From: Octopus bimaculoides
Taxonomy: Eukaryota
Reading direction: 5' to 3'
DNA: 64,000 bases
Assembly (NCBI RefSeq): GCF_001194135.2
Contig: NC_068987.1
Location: 13,697,222 to 13,761,221, forward strand
Shown here: piece by piece, positions 1-13,871 of the stretch
How positions within the stretch are numbered: position 1 is the first letter of the stretch
Layout of the letters: each line of letters starts with the position of its first letter
Translations under genes and position numbers: made by a program
The notes under the pieces: generated by a model
Seen by the model: only the letters and a program-made list of their open reading frames with translations
Told to the model about the DNA's origin: nothing
The model's database searches: none

Positions 1-800
1 GGTTATGTATTTAAAAACCGAAAAGAAAAAAAAAAACTTTTCGAATTGCATCTCGGTACATGAATTTATTCTGGAAAAAAAACACATGTACCGAGATGCA
101 ATTCGAAATTCCCGCCACTTACAGTCTTCTATGTACTATACTGGATACACGGTGTTCGTTTGGTATGTTGATTTTCTGTTTACTTCTATTTATCTTGACC
201 ATATTATACTACAATAACTACGAAATCATGGTCTATAATTCAGTCTGTTTTTAAGGGGCTAGCTTTGAGAGTTGCATTTCCTCGCATTCGGTAAAAATGT
301 GTTTATTGTGGTAGTCTGACCTTAGAGTCCCTCATAGCGTGAGGCATTCTTGTATAGTAATGCCCTTAAGTATATATATTGTTGCTGTTGTCTAGTTCAA
401 AATCATCCCTGATAGAACAGAACTATGATGAGAGTCGTTCCGATAGTGACCATTGCGTCTTTTTGTACATGAAGGACTACATTATCCAATGTGTCCTTCC
501 ATTGTTTATCACAAGAGAATGCAATTTGGAGGAATATTCGATTACCATTTGTTGTAAATCGACCTACCACGCAGAACCTTAGGCGGAACCCACACAGTTG
601 CAAGTTATTCGGACCAAGTGTCCGCGCGATTCGGTGATGTCTTCCTTCTTCTCCCCTTCCGGAGAGACTAAAGGATCATCCGCATTGCCCTTACCTCTTA
701 ACTAAACGACAGAGATGGGAGCGAAAAACTCGTTAGATCGTCAGAAAAAATTAACTGTTTTTTAAAAATATATTTAGAATCAAGGGAAATAACTCTTGCA
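1..800 (-). promoter_or_regulatory. CpG-retaining island; probable promoter and 5' end of a minus-strand gene running off the left edge
   Basis: About 30 CpG in the first 780 bp by hand count, versus a few per 800 bp in most of the window. A strong minus-strand donor AAGAG|GTAAGG lies near 694 and a second, GACT|GTAAGT, near 122. Confidence 0.5.
123..202 (-). CDS. Candidate first coding exon fragment MVKINRSKQKINIPNEHRVSSIVHRR(L); product unknown
   Basis: ATG with in-frame stops upstream, open to a GTAAGT donor, inside the CpG island. No recognisable homology; ends approximate. Confidence 0.2.
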
Positions 801-984
801 TAACTTTCCTTCCGCTAAAAATTTTACAAAGCGAAGTTAATTATTTCCTCTTTATCTGACCAAATAAATGAGACACTTTTTAAGTGGTAGAAATGTCAAC
901 TTGAATCCAATTACTTTGAGCTAAAACTATTGAAATTTATGTTCAAGAGAATTCTACTTTATGTTGTTTAGATTTTACTTCTAA

Positions 985-1320
985 CGAAGTTAAAAAATTC
1001 ACTTCCTACCCATATGGTTCCGGGTACAGTACCATTGCGTAGTACCTTGGGTGTTCTCTACAGGAGCTCCAGGCCTTGAGAGTAAATTTAGTAGACGGAA
1101 AATGTATCGAAGCCCACCGCGCGCGCGTGTATGTGTTGGTCTGCTTACTTCCCTATAATTTAACGGCTTGGTAAAACGAATAAGTACAAGACTTCAAAAA
1201 AAAAAAATTAATAGATCAATAAATAAGCACTGGGGTTGATTTGTTCAACTAAAACTCAAGGCAGTGCCCCAGCATGGCCACAGTACAATGACTGAAACAA
1301 GTAAAAAAAAATAAAAGATT
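985..1320 (+). mobile_element. CORE-type tRNA-derived SINE (octopus OR2-like)
   Basis: CORE-like taccttgggtgttctcta, the gtagacggaaa...gaagccc block and the family 3' end aaggcagtgccccagcatggccacagt...gactgaaacaagtaaaa. Confidence 0.75.
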
Positions 1321-2866
1321 TTAAAAAGGACAAGGTGACAGCTCTTTCTGTATTATACTACCATACCATGCAATGTCACAATATCCCTGTTAAATTTTTT
1401 AAATGGTACGATCCCACAAAAAAAAAAAAAAAATTTAAATTAAATAAAGCTTAGTGTAAAATACTTTTGACCAGCTAGTAGAATTAAGTGACCTTAAAAT
1501 ATAAGTAGTTATTGAAGCTAACACGTAGTTGTTTGACTTGTTTTAAATTCACCACCAAATCTCCCTCTTTACCACCTTAAAATGTGAAGAACATTGGAGA
1601 CTAGTACTAAAAACAGTATGTCAGAGAGGGAGACAGACAGACAGACAGAAATAAAACGAATGGTTCCAGTTTGAACATATTTCATTGTATGTTTGCTCAA
1701 TGATAACAATTATTAATAGTTATTTTATTGACTTCTAAATTATTTTCTAGAAAACTTGAGCATAAACAGATTTGAAAAGTAATTGATACTAGAATTTTTC
1801 AGTTACTTATTTTATCAACAACAAATAGGTGACTGTCCAAAATTTTAAACTTAGAAAAAAAAAATGTATGTATTAAAATTCTAGAGAAACAGTCTAATCT
1901 ACTTAAAATTTTGTAGACTATAAAAAGTAGCTGCCATCATAAATAATATTTACAGCATAGGTTTTGTGCTTGTTATAAATATGTTAATTGAGCCCAGACA
2001 GCTGAAAGGTAAAGTCAACCGCAACAGGATTTGAACGTAAAGGGACATAACTAAATACTGCAAACTATTTTGTCTTCCGTTCTATCCATTCCCTTGTCAT
2101 CAACCATGCTTCAATAACGATAAGAGTTCTTTTAACACTATCACCATTTCCAAAGCTTAGCTATATTCCACATTTGATCTTGAGCTGATCAAGAGTCGTG
2201 TGTGAGTGTGTGAAATAAATTATTTTCTACGTCGGAGTTATTGTTACAATATGGTATATTTTCAAAATATCCATTTAAAAAAAAACAACAAACCCTCAAT
2301 CATTTCTTTGCTAGTTAACTCCTATATCTTAAGTGGCTCTGCTATTAACTGAACACATCAAGTTTCACTATCAATGTGAGATGCAGCTGGCAACCTCAAC
2401 AGTGTCAAGGTGTGAAATTGCTCTGATGTCCACAGTCAAAATACTTCGACTCTCGGATTACTGAATGTAAAAGAAGAACCATCAGTTGATGTAGTTTGCA
2501 AGTATAAACAGGACGACTGCACAAATAAGAAATTTCATTAGCTTTAAGTGTGTTCAGTTTAAATCCTATCATAAGAGTTACTCAGAGAGGGATCAGATAC
2601 ACCACACTATGGACCTCAAGTTCTATATGGCTGCTAAAGAATTTTGTTGCAGGTAATGATTTATTTAAATTAGTCAGTCCTATAAGCTCAATGGGTTTTC
2701 ACATAAAACATGAACACCCATCCATTCTATTATTCTTGGTAGTGTTGTGGGGTAGAGTCCTCAGGCATTTCCTCCAAACAATCTTATCAGAAATTGTCAT
2801 TAAACTTTCCTGCTGGATTCCAAAGCATGACCAACTGAGACCATAAATATTATCCAACCATCTTGC

Positions 2867-2931
2867 TCATGCTGTCTCTAGGCAGCTGTCAGTTGGTTTG
2901 GTTTCAAGAAGAAGTATAGAAAAAATAAAAC
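2867..2931 (-). CDS. Candidate terminal coding exon (VLFFLYFFLKPNQLTAA* or FIFSILLLETKPTDSCLETA*)
   Basis: Acceptor atatttgttcag at 2932 and a minus-strand AATAAA near 2660. Frame ambiguous, no homology recognised. Confidence 0.2.
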
Positions 2932-4422
2932 CTGAACAAATATATTTAAATGTGGCCTTACTAACAAGATAACATGTGAGTGTGTGGCCTCGTGCATACT
3001 ATGAATTAAAGTTCAATTTTTAATACTTATGATTATAACCACTCTATCAATCTGAGACTAATTTAACGTGCTATACCACAACCTATACCACCAGTGGTTC
3101 ATCGCAAACTTCACACAACCGCCATATGCACCACCAGTGGTACATTTTCATAATTCGAGACAATATTTTATTCTGTATCTTTGTCAGAGTTTCAAGGATA
3201 TTTAAACAACATGAGTACTAAATGCTCAGTTCAATTTTGAAATATTGTAAAAATACAAAAAAAAATTACATTTCCTTGTAAGTATGCAGTGTGATCGGAA
3301 ACATGTGGATGTTACCAGTAAATTCTAGTAACAGGCCATGGCAGTTAACGTGTTAAGATTGTAAAAGAACAAAGACATTGTGAAAACTCATTTGTCATTT
3401 GCACAGTCCTATTGTTTACAGTCGCAGACTACATCAAGTAAGAGTTCTTCTTTTACACTCAGTAATCTGAGAATTTAAGCATTTTGATAGTGGACATCAT
3501 CATAGCAAATAGATGCCCTATTAAGATTGTCAGCTGCATTTATTGTTTTCTAAGCACTGTATCACCGTTTGTGTTATACTGCTTTTTATCCTTTTATATT
3601 TTATGACTGTGGCTGTGTTATTTATCATCATCACCTACATCTATTTTTTTCATACTGACATGGGTTGGATGAATGAAGAGCAACTCCTCAGAGATCATGT
3701 GCTAAAGTAGTTTCACTTTGTGTCATGAGTCTTCTGGTAGACCCAGTATCCATGTGGTCTACAGAGAGTTGCTTTTACAATTAATTTCTTTCTTTCTTTT
3801 ACTATTAACCTATTCTTTAGAAATGAAACAATTTAAAAATATTTACATCTACACTCTTTCAATTGGTTTGATCGATCAAAATGAATTTCACCTAAGAAAC
3901 TTTTCTTCTCAACTAAGAGTAGTAACGCTCTTATTCATTATACCAGTGGCTGCATAGATACAACCATTACTGCCCTTAACTGAGAAATAAAAGTGCCAAG
4001 ATTGAATCAAGGGATAACTTACAGCATTGTTGGTAATGTAGATGTAACTATTTTAAAGTGCTTCATTTCCAAAGATGAGGTGAATAATTCAAAACATTTA
4101 CAATAGTGTTCTCTATGTTCAGCAGATAATTTAAAGACTATGTAAGCTCAAATTTTAAAGGTGAGGCAGTGAACATAATCAGGCTAAAATGCAAACTATT
4201 TTGTAATGAGGTGAATTAATTTCCAACAGTTTTTTTTAGGGAAAATTATATCCAGTAAACATCAAAGAAGATGAGAAGAAATTAAAATATTAAGTAATTA
4301 ACATCACTAATCTTGCAGTCTTATTTCCACTATATTGTTTGCAACAATATAGTGGAAATCAGACTGAGAGAGAGAAAACACATTCAATGTGTTTATTGCA
4401 TTTATATAATCCTTTCTGCAAA

Positions 4423-4611
4423 AGGCACAAGGCCTGAAATTTGGGGGAGGGAGATAGTCGATTACATTGATTCCAGTACTCAGCTGGTACTTAATTTATC
4501 AACCCCGAAAGGATGAAAGGCAAAGTCGACCTCGGCAGCATTTGAACTTAGAAAGTAGCAACGGACGAAATAAGCATTTCGTCCAGTGTGCTAATGATTC
4601 TGACAGCTCAC
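4423..4611 (-). mobile_element. Meta-domain-type tRNA-derived SINE
   Basis: Reverse complement has an A-box (ggtgagctgtcagaatc), a B-box-like gttcaaat, gactttgcctttcatcctttcggggttgataaattaagtaccag and the tail tttcaggccttgtgcct. Confidence 0.8.
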
Positions 4612-5347
4612 CATCTTCCATTTATATGTTGCATTTATATAATAAACAATGCAATCAGCAGACCAATGAAGGGAGCCTTTATACAATTGCTGGAGTGGCT
4701 AGAAATAGCAGTCAAATATCCTTCAAATCACACCTTATTGAATTAAAAAAGGAATAATGTATTGAATATTGTATTCCTAGGTTCTCTATGCCAGGGAGGG
4801 GTAGATTGGGTAAAAAGCTAAACTGTTATGATGATTCATGAAGTAAGTTCTGTTACCTAGGCAATAATGGATGGGTAGCTACTGAAAGTTTAGTGTCAAA
4901 CATTTGAGGGGATGGAAGGGATATAAGAGAGCAATGCTGCCTATGTTGATAATTTCCAAACAAAAGACAAACTATATGGTTCATGTCAGAAATATAATAT
5001 CATATGTAGAGTAATGGATCTTATCTGCTCGGTGTGAAGCACATAACAAAAGATAGTTATATATGGAAATAGGTCAAGTGCAAATGAAAGTACCTAAACA
5101 TCAACAGTTGATGGCATTCAAAACAAATGTCCATATTAATAATATGTTACAAGAATGGATAAACATGTGCCTTCGTGTGGCTCTACACAGACAGCTTTAA
5201 GCAAAACAAGAATTAGGTTAAAATAGGAATAGTGGATTAAATATCAAACAATGTAGAATTTATGCTGTTTTTAGTGATATACAGAAATATTCTGTTATAA
5301 GTATACCCAATACTTACATCAACAAGTAAATGTTTTTTTCTACTAAA

Positions 5348-5548
5348 AGCACAAGGCATAAAAATGTGGAAGGGTGGTGAGCTGGTCAATTACATTGACC
5401 CCCAGAGCTCAACTGGTATTTATTTTGCAATCCTGAAAGGATGAAAGGCAAAGTCAACCTTAGTAGAATTTGAACTCAGAATGTGAAGACAGGCAAAATG
5501 CCACTAAGCGTTTTGCCCGGTGTGCTAATGATTCTGCCGACTCACTGC
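5348..5548 (-). mobile_element. Meta-domain-type SINE
   Basis: Same head, central domain and ccttgtgc tail as 4423-4611. Confidence 0.8.
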
Positions 5549-5553
5549 TTTAA

Positions 5554-5759
5554 CCCTTTTGTTACTGTATTTATTTTGAGATACTCTGTGTTTCAATTAT
5601 TTTAGATATAACAAAGAATTTAGTAAAATAACTTCGTTATCATTAAGCTAGTGTTAGGAACATTAATTGTGACTAAGGCAGAAGATTTTAATTCAAAAGT
5701 TATGAAAACAAGACATTTGTACTACAGAGCCAGTTTCAGTCAGATTGCTAACAGAAGGG
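5554..5759. mobile_element. piggyBac-type MITE, family 1
   Basis: TTAA on both sides (5550-5553, 5760-5763); TIR-like ends CCCTTTTGTTAC...GCTAACAGAAGGG. Confidence 0.75.
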
Positions 5760-6109
5760 TTAAACTAGAATAAACTAATAAGCTAAATCATTCCTGAAGT
5801 GGAATAAACCCCTTGGATTTACAAATAAAAAGAAATAGAGGGCCCATGTTCAAATGATTAAATAAGTGCAACTAACCAGAGAAATATAAAAACAATCCAA
5901 ATTTATACTGAAGACATACATTTACATTTTCATCTCTAGTATTATGTATAACACTTAAAGGTTTAGATGTAATAGTTCAAGTAAAAAGCAGAATAAACTA
6001 TATTTGCATTTAAAGCCTAAGCAGATAAAAAATAATAATAAAGAGGAACAAATATTTTAAATAACAATCAATAAAAAGGATTAAATTGCTCTAAGTAAAT
6101 CTGGCAACT

Positions 6110-6330
6110 TACTTGGTGACCTCACAACTAGTGGTGTCATGAAAATAGAAATAATGAAGCACCCAGCACACCTAGTAAAGAAGTTGGCATTGGAAAGGGC
6201 ATTGGAGCTGTAGAGACCATACCAGAGAAGACACTGGAGACCAACACAACCCTCGGGTCAGTCAGATCCCATCAAACTGTCCAACCTACGCCAGTATGAA
6301 AAATGGATACAGGCATATGATGATGATAAC
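6110..6330 (+). mobile_element. RTE-LINE 3' end or RTE-tailed SINE fragment, decayed
   Basis: ttggcattggaaagggcattggagctgtaga...tgtccaacctacgccagtatgaaaaatgga followed by a (GAT)n tail. Confidence 0.65.
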
Positions 6331-6831
6331 TTAGTATCTGCAATTCTACGTTTTCTTCTACCAATTCTGAAACACTTCTACAAATTCTAACTAGTAAATT
6401 TACTATAACACCAACACAATCCTTCCCCCAGATATTTTTATAATCCTTTCTGAATAAAATCTAGCAAGTTAAAGTCTACGCTAGAGGGAATTCAATTGCA
6501 ATTCTAATTAAATATTTAAACATATAAAGCAGTCAACTGGTGCAATTTGTTGTTTTGTCTCCCAAGCTAATCAGCAATGTGCTACATAATGCAATATCTA
6601 TATGACTGTAAGTCTTCTTAGTTATCACATTTTCCACTGTCTATAATTAGGATGATGTTTGTGTATACATGTATGCATATTCATATATACATGTGCATGC
6701 ATACACATGTTTGCAAGTAAAATCAGATAACATACTTTTTTTTTTTTTATTTACTGCTTTGTTATTTATTAAGCAGTTAACTTGAAATAACTTTCCATGT
6801 TCAGCAGGTTTAAAAATCAAAATCTAATTAC

Positions 6832-6883
6832 GATGCCATACAAAATGTCATCCATAGATCAAACTCCAATGATATCTGGTCTA
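6832..6883 (-). CDS. Candidate internal exon, 52 nt, xDQISLEFDLWMTFCMA(S)
   Basis: Acceptor gtcttgtgtattctag, donor GTAATT, open frame. No homology recognised. Confidence 0.2.
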
Positions 6884-8764
6884 CTAGAATACACAAGACA
6901 TATCTTCAAAATTTACTACAGGTAATTAATTGAATTTCAATAACAAACAATTTATAGACCTTTCAAATTTAAGAATCCTATCTGCTGACCTAATTTTTTT
7001 ACGAGAAATGAGAACACAGCAAGCTTATACTAGTGTTTCATTTCCACTTTAATTTTAACAACTATTATCAATTAATTAATATAAGGCAAAGCTAAAGCTA
7101 GATTAACAGATTTCAAATGATTTCTAATGAGAATGAAATATTCAGAGCAACTAAGAGTAAGTTTGGTAGTAAATAAGATAAAACAGGGTTACTGAAAGTC
7201 AGTTTGCATCACACAAGAGATAGCTAATCAATGTATTAGATCGATACTTTTTATTAGTCAGTCTTATTCTGCTTTAAAAACAACAGGGGGCTTTTTTATT
7301 TTTACAAAATCTGCCTGAAGTTCAAGTGTCTAAAGACTCAGTTGCTGAATCTCAGTGAGTGTTGGGAAATCCGTGGAAAATCAGTAGGTCATAAGTTAAC
7401 AGTAGTTACTTCCCTTACATTTATATTACAACCACAGCCTTGGACACCGACGGTATCATCTGTTGTGCTTCTACATGTGTGAACACACACACACACAAAA
7501 GGTGGTTGTTATAGGCTAGCTCAAGGCCAGCACTGATCAAGTTAACATATGATAAAAGCATTCCAGCCATGACCATCTCGTCTTTTATTCAGGTATTGTG
7601 TGTATGTTATACACACACACACTCACTCACTAATCCAATGAAGTTTTTTAAATATATTTTAAAACTATTAAGACGTGAGTGAGAGAAATTTCGTGTGTGA
7701 TTCCCTTAGAAACAGCAGCCAAATTCCCACCAGAAACAGGAGATTCTCTTGTTTATTCCAATGAGTGCCTAGCAGTAAAACGTTAGCATTACCAAGGAGT
7801 GAAAGCATTCTTACAAAGGAAATCTCTATCTTCTATAATGATGCCTGAACCATACCTGAAAAACTCTTGTGTGTGTGAGAGTGTGTGAAGCACTGAGAGT
7901 GAACCAAGAAGCAACAAAACCGAAATGAATTGATATAATTGTGTGTGTGTGTAAAATGTGTATGTGTTCGCTTTACAATGGCCGGTTCGTATCTGGTATT
8001 TGATTTTATTTCCGGATTTTGCTTGGTAAATATCATGACAGAATACTTATGTCCTGGCATGTGCATGTATGTTTGCACACGTGTGTGTGTAAGTATGCAT
8101 AAAAGAGGAGGGACATCCAAAATTTCTTGTGTATGTGACATTTAGAAAGAGCTAAGGAATAATAGTGAAAAGTAAATGGGCCAAATTAATTAGAGCATTT
8201 GGGATAACCTTGTTGGTAATCAAGTGAACTGCTTTTGTCTTTCAATAGGGTGTAACTGAATGTACAAAATATATGCCGCTAATTATTTTGACTGTTATAT
8301 TACAAACTAAGTGAAAGAACAGGAAGGGGTACCAAAAAGGACAAAGAAAATAAAGCAAACATTCAATTTAATCCTGAAGAGATTTGAAAAACCAAGTCAT
8401 TAATATGTATGCATCTGATTACGTATATACACTCATAAAAGCATAAACACTACACAAACACGTGTCTGCATTTATAAATACACACACACACACTACACAC
8501 TGGCATATGCAAATACATTGGCACATATGCGCACGCTACACACAGAGGATCATTCAGAAGTCCCTTTAGCATTTAAATGATATATAAAGTATTTTTTATA
8601 TTTTGTTGCAATTTCTTTATATTTTTAATACTATCTTGGTTATTTTGTTGTGAAAATTTTTTGACATACATATATATACATATATCTATTTAATTATTTG
8701 TCTTATACATTTTTAAAAAGCGTCATTGAGAAAATTCATTGTCCTAAAAATGAGAAAACAGTAA

Positions 8765-8835
8765 ATCATCATCATTGTTTAACGTCTGCCTTCCATGCTA
8801 GCATGGGTTGGACGATTTGACTGAGGACTGGCAAA
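8765..8835 (-). mobile_element. Young RTE-tail 3' end
   Basis: catcatcattgtttaacgtctgccttccatgctagcatgggttggacgatttgactgaggactggc, nearly identical to the copies at 48584 and 53671. Confidence 0.75.
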
Positions 8836-8951
8836 CAGAGCACTGATAAATTAATTACCATTGAAACATTGGGGTCAATGCAATCAACTATCCTCTTCTT
8901 AAAATGTCAGGCCTTGTGCTTATACACAAAGGATTATTATTATTATTATTA

Positions 8952-9145
8952 TTATTACCTCCACCTGAGCAAAGGCGGAGGTATTGTTTTCAGTCACATT
9001 TGTTTGCCTGTGGACAAGATATCTCAAGAACCGCTGGATGGATTCGGATGAAACTTTCAGGGATGTTTGGCCTTGTGACTAGCACAAACTGATTAGATTT
9101 TGGGATCGATCCAAACTTGGACAAGCATTCTAGATTATTTTTCCT

Positions 9146-9186
<41 letters not shown>

Positions 9187-9337
9187 AATTTTAGAGTGCG
9201 GTCAGGTTCACTTTTAGCATTCTAGTTTGTGAGAGCAGTCAAGTTTATTTCAGATATTCTCACTTTAAAAACCATCTCTGGCTAATCATTGAGAGGACAT
9301 TGGTGTTGCTTTTGGTGTAGGTTTGTGCTGAGTGCTT
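8952..9337 (+). mobile_element. Non-autonomous DNA element, Crypton-like (superfamily tentative)
   Basis: Terminal hairpin acctccacct-gagca-aaggcggaggt. Colinear over about 350 bp with the reverse complement of 26945-27299. Inserted in the (TAT)n tail of a SINE fragment. Confidence 0.6.
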
Positions 9338-10409
9338 TTATCATTATTATTATTATAAGAATTTTCCTGTTGGCCATAATAGTAAATGAAAAAGAACTTA
9401 CAACTGCAAGTTACCTGCCCAAGATACAAAAGACCCAACAGCCAATACACTCATAAATACAAACAATCTGGGGTTTTTGTTGTTTCTAGTTTTAAATTCT
9501 GTTTGGGTTAAAAATTCTTTGAGAAATCAATAAATAAAATTTATTGCCTTAATAGAAACATTAAACCGTTGTGAAGAAGTCATTAGTTGAAATATAAATG
9601 GCCAATGAAATGTACACATACTGGCTGAGCAATTAAGAAGTCAGACCACCCATGAATGTCACAAGTTTAAATGTTAATGGATATCCTCATTACCTACTAA
9701 TGAAATAGATATCACTCACAATGAGGTAGAGTCGAGTTACTAGTACCAGGAAGTTTACTTTTAGCTGTGATATTTCCATGTAAAAACCTGAACCTCTTTC
9801 AAAACACACATACCTATGATAGATGGCCAGAGAGTATGCAGGTGTCCTAATTAATACAATATTTGTGTTCCCAACAGTTAAACAACAAACATACTTTGCA
9901 AGTGACTTGATGACACATCAACCAATAATGGAGTTGTTTTTAGTCGGGATCAGTAAATATAACATTGCATCTCGCAAACAAAAATAAAATCCTTAAAAAT
10001 GTAGGTCGGCATAGTTCACTCAACTAAATTCTGAAAGACCAATTATTTTCTTTGCCCTCCCAAGTTGATTTTGCCTTCTGGATTTCATAAAATAAGTTTC
10101 CAGTTGTGCACTAAAATAGCCTAAAACTGAAATTACAAATCATTAATAATGTTGTTGTTGTTGTTGTTGTTAATGGTAGTTGGGTGAGTATGCAGAATTT
10201 GCTTGAATCACTTCATGTTCTGAATTTAAATTCCACCAAGGTTAACTATACTGCTCATCCCCCAGGGATCAATAAAACTATACCAAATGTATTTACTAAA
10301 ATATATTTAACAACTCCTCTACAGCAAGAAGCCTGTTGTTCCCCAACCCTTTTCTCTCATGCATTACCCCACTCTCTACTCCTCATCTCCAAGCATAAAG
10401 TTGCACTTA

Positions 10410-10640
10410 TCCACTCTCGGGGTTCTGCAAGCAGTGATGGCGACCTCACTAGTGTTGGGGACACGAAAAAAATGCACCTAGTACATACATTGAAGTCACT
10501 GGCATCAGAAAGGGAAACCATGTCAAAGAAGACACTCAAGTAAGATGCAGTTCTTGGTCTCATTGTATCCTGTCAAACTGTCCAACCCATGCAAGCATAG
10601 AAATTGCATGTTAAATGATGACAATAGTAATGACAACAGC
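10410..10640 (+). mobile_element. RTE-tail element fragment
   Basis: ggcgacctcactagtgttggg...ctgtccaacccatgcaagcatagaaa...gttaaatgatga. Confidence 0.65.
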
Positions 10641-12260
10641 TTAATGAATATCCTATCTCCTTTAAATTAGTGATTAACATTGTTACTAAATTATGGAATA
10701 TTAGAATAAGCCTTCTGCTATATAGTTGCAATCCCTATATTCCGAATACAAGTCTGCCTTTCAACCTTCTAGGGTTGCCAAAGTAAGTACCAACCAAACA
10801 GACAAGGGTTGATCAAATTCACTACATCTTTCCTCTAAAATGTGCTTTTGTGCCAAAGTTAGAAATCATTGTTGTTAAAAGTACAGTTACATTAATAAAG
10901 ACTGGGTCCTTGAATATATATTTCTACCATATTCATGATATAGCATCTGTCAACCTGCTCTGGGTCTTCCTTTTATAGGAGTGATGCAAGGAATAAGTGT
11001 TTTTCTTCATGACTATGAAATAGATAGCATAAATTGTAAACAAAGTAATGCATATTTGTTGTCAAATGGGACATGCTTAGCACTTACTTCATTGGTGTAC
11101 AAATGATACTTCTTGCCTTTGATGGTAATTAAATCTAGTTTGCCAGTCTCAATATTTATGTATATATATATATATATTTCTCTTAGTTCATTTTTCTGCT
11201 ACACAGGGCTAAGAGAAGTAACTCAAAGTGGCCAGTGACATGTATTTGAACAACATAGGCAAATACAGGTATATCAAATACCATACAACACAAATTCTTG
11301 ATTTATTAAAATTATTTCCACTTCTAGAGAGAATATCACAATTACAAAATGTTAATCAAGACCAGACCCATATGAGAAGAGGAGACAATCTCTAGAATCA
11401 AGACCACTCTGAAGTTGATATGCTACAAAGGAAAAGGACAGGCTTATTTTCTGGAGATAAAATGACAGTTATAGATACATATTTCTGCTTTATTAGGCAC
11501 CATCAGCAGAACAATTGTTCAAATCAATCACACTGACAGGGAAAAGAGCATTTGAAATAAAATAGATTTACAAAGCTCAAACAAGTCTTTGACCACATTT
11601 CAAACCAAAATACCACCCAAATGATAGGTAGAGTTTCACTCACCAGCACACCACAACCGCTAGCTTACAGATTATTTATCTCCCTCTTTCTGCCTTCTTT
11701 TACTACTGAGAAGGAGACCTCTGTCTGGCCATACTAACTTGCATGCCCCCTCTCCCACTTGTCTTTTTAACTCATTCTGGCAATGTCTCATCTCCTATTC
11801 ACAGCACTAAAAATTTTGCCAAATAATTCCTCCCCATAATTGCTGCTCTCTGAAATTCCTCCCCTGCTCAAGTTTCAACTACAGATATTGAAACTGAACA
11901 TAAGCTGTCCTGCAAAAAATCATGGACATTGTTCTTAGCTGAGTAGCCCACAAAATGAAAACCTCTCACCCTAATGGTCATGGGCTCGTATATCAAAGAC
12001 TACTAAGATTTGACTCAATTTTCAATGAAATGGGCATTAATTCTTTAAATATTTGGGTTTTCAAAGATCTGAAGCATTTATAGAATAAAGTTTAAGATTT
12101 TAGTGTCAAAATCAATCTTATTTCATTTTTGTTATGTCATTCCTTTGGAATTTCTCAATCTCACAGCAAAGACAAGCTGTACACTTTAATATATATGCCA
12201 AAAAGAACAGAAAAGACAAATTTAAAAAAAAAAAAATTTAGAGCATATGTTTCAAATTAC

Positions 12261-12352
12261 TTTGAATTCAAGAACCTACAAGCCTTATTCCAAATACCAA
12301 CTGTCGTATTAACAAGAGTTACAAAAGCATTGAGATCTAATTTGAAAATGAA
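12261..12352 (-). CDS. Candidate internal exon, 92 nt, FIFKLDLNAFVTLVNTTVGIWNKACRFLNS
   Basis: Acceptor gtttatgtctttcag, donor GTAATT, only one frame open. Confidence 0.25.
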
Positions 12353-12714
12353 CTGAAAGACATAAACTGTATTATTAATAGGGAGTGTAACGAAGTAAAA
12401 ATACACCAATTCTTTCCATTTTAATGAAGACTACCTAAAATGTCATCTCTCAACAATGTGACGATATATTTTAACATTTATAGAAATTAAGTTAACATAA
12501 TTTGTTACCACCATCTCTAATTTTTGTCCAGCTACTCTCACCCACTCTTATATAATGTGGGGTATCCACATTTCTCTTCTATAGCAAGACACTTGTGCTT
12601 GTCCCTTTATCCTCCAAACACCTCATATAAAACCAATATCCCACTCTCAAATACTCCTACCTCATTTAATAGAAGGGGCTTTTTCCATTTTCCTTTTTCC
12701 CAGTTCATTTCTTG

Positions 12715-12945
12715 TCTTGCAAGTTACTTTGGCAATCCCACTAATGCTGGTGGAATGACAAAAGCACTCAGTACACACAGTAAAAAGGTTAGCATTAAGA
12801 AGGGCATTTACAGTAGAAACCATACTGAAGATGATATAGGAGTTTACTGTGGTCCTGGGGCTTGCCAGACCCTGTCAAATCATCCAACTTGTGCGATCAT
12901 GGAAAGCAGATCTATGATGATGATCATCATCATCATCATCATCAC
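12715..12945 (+). mobile_element. RTE-tail element fragment
   Basis: ttagcattaagaagggcatttacagtagaaac...catccaacttgtgcgatcatggaaagcaga followed by (GAT)n(CAT)n. Confidence 0.6.
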
Positions 12946-13871
12946 AATGAAGATATATTTCACTGTTAGCACTTACTGACATTTACTCCCCCCCCCCCCA
13001 CTTCTTGCAGAAATTACATTCTTCTATAATATTCAATGTCTAAATTTACCAAACATTTTCATTAGTATTTGCTACAATCAAAAAAATGCAACCCACACAC
13101 AACTGTAATTAATAAAATAATAAAGAAAGAACATAAGAATGCATTACATATATATAATTTACAACCCCTAAATCAACTTCAACATAAAATCCAACTGCCT
13201 GCTTAATTTAAAAGAAATATATTAAGAAACTTAAAAAAAAAAGAAAAACAGACCAGATGAAGAAAAAGCTATTGAAAATATATCTACATCCATCCTAATC
13301 TATGAAAAACAAAGAAATCGCCATAGAAACCAAATGACAACATCAAAAGTTAAATATTGCAATATAAGCCTTTACTATTTTTAAGTAATAGACCCACAGA
13401 ACAAATGAACATTGTTAATCTCCATGTAGAGATTAAAAAAACAAAACACAATCTACAGGACACAGCATTTAAAATAACCAAACATCCACAGAATTACTGA
13501 ACTCACTCACATCAGTTATAAACGAAAATATCCCAGGTGCAGACATGTCTGTGCACTTTGTGACCATGTGGTTTCAGGTTCAGTCCCACTGCAACCACTC
13601 TGAGAGTGTAATGGGTGCTTCTACATGCCCCTGGCACGGGTGCCATCTGCATGACACTGTTATAACAAACTGTCTTGCCAATATCACAAACACTTAAAAC
13701 CAAGGACTGGCAACATAGTTTTATAACGGTTCCCTTTTTTTTTTTATTTATATTTGTGCATGGCTCACAGGTATATTATACCGGAACTTGCATATAGAAT
13801 GTCCCTGTGTATCCTCCCATTTCAATCGGTGGAAATGTTTATGCAAGTAAAATTTTTCTTTTACAAAAATC

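Noticed and set aside
403-660. Minus-strand ORF in the CpG island as a coding exon
   Set aside because: It has no ATG start or coherent splice context and lies just after a strong donor, so it is more likely first-intron sequence.
3061-3356. Possible TTAA-flanked MITE
   Set aside because: The right end looks piggyBac-like but the left end does not form a convincing TIR.
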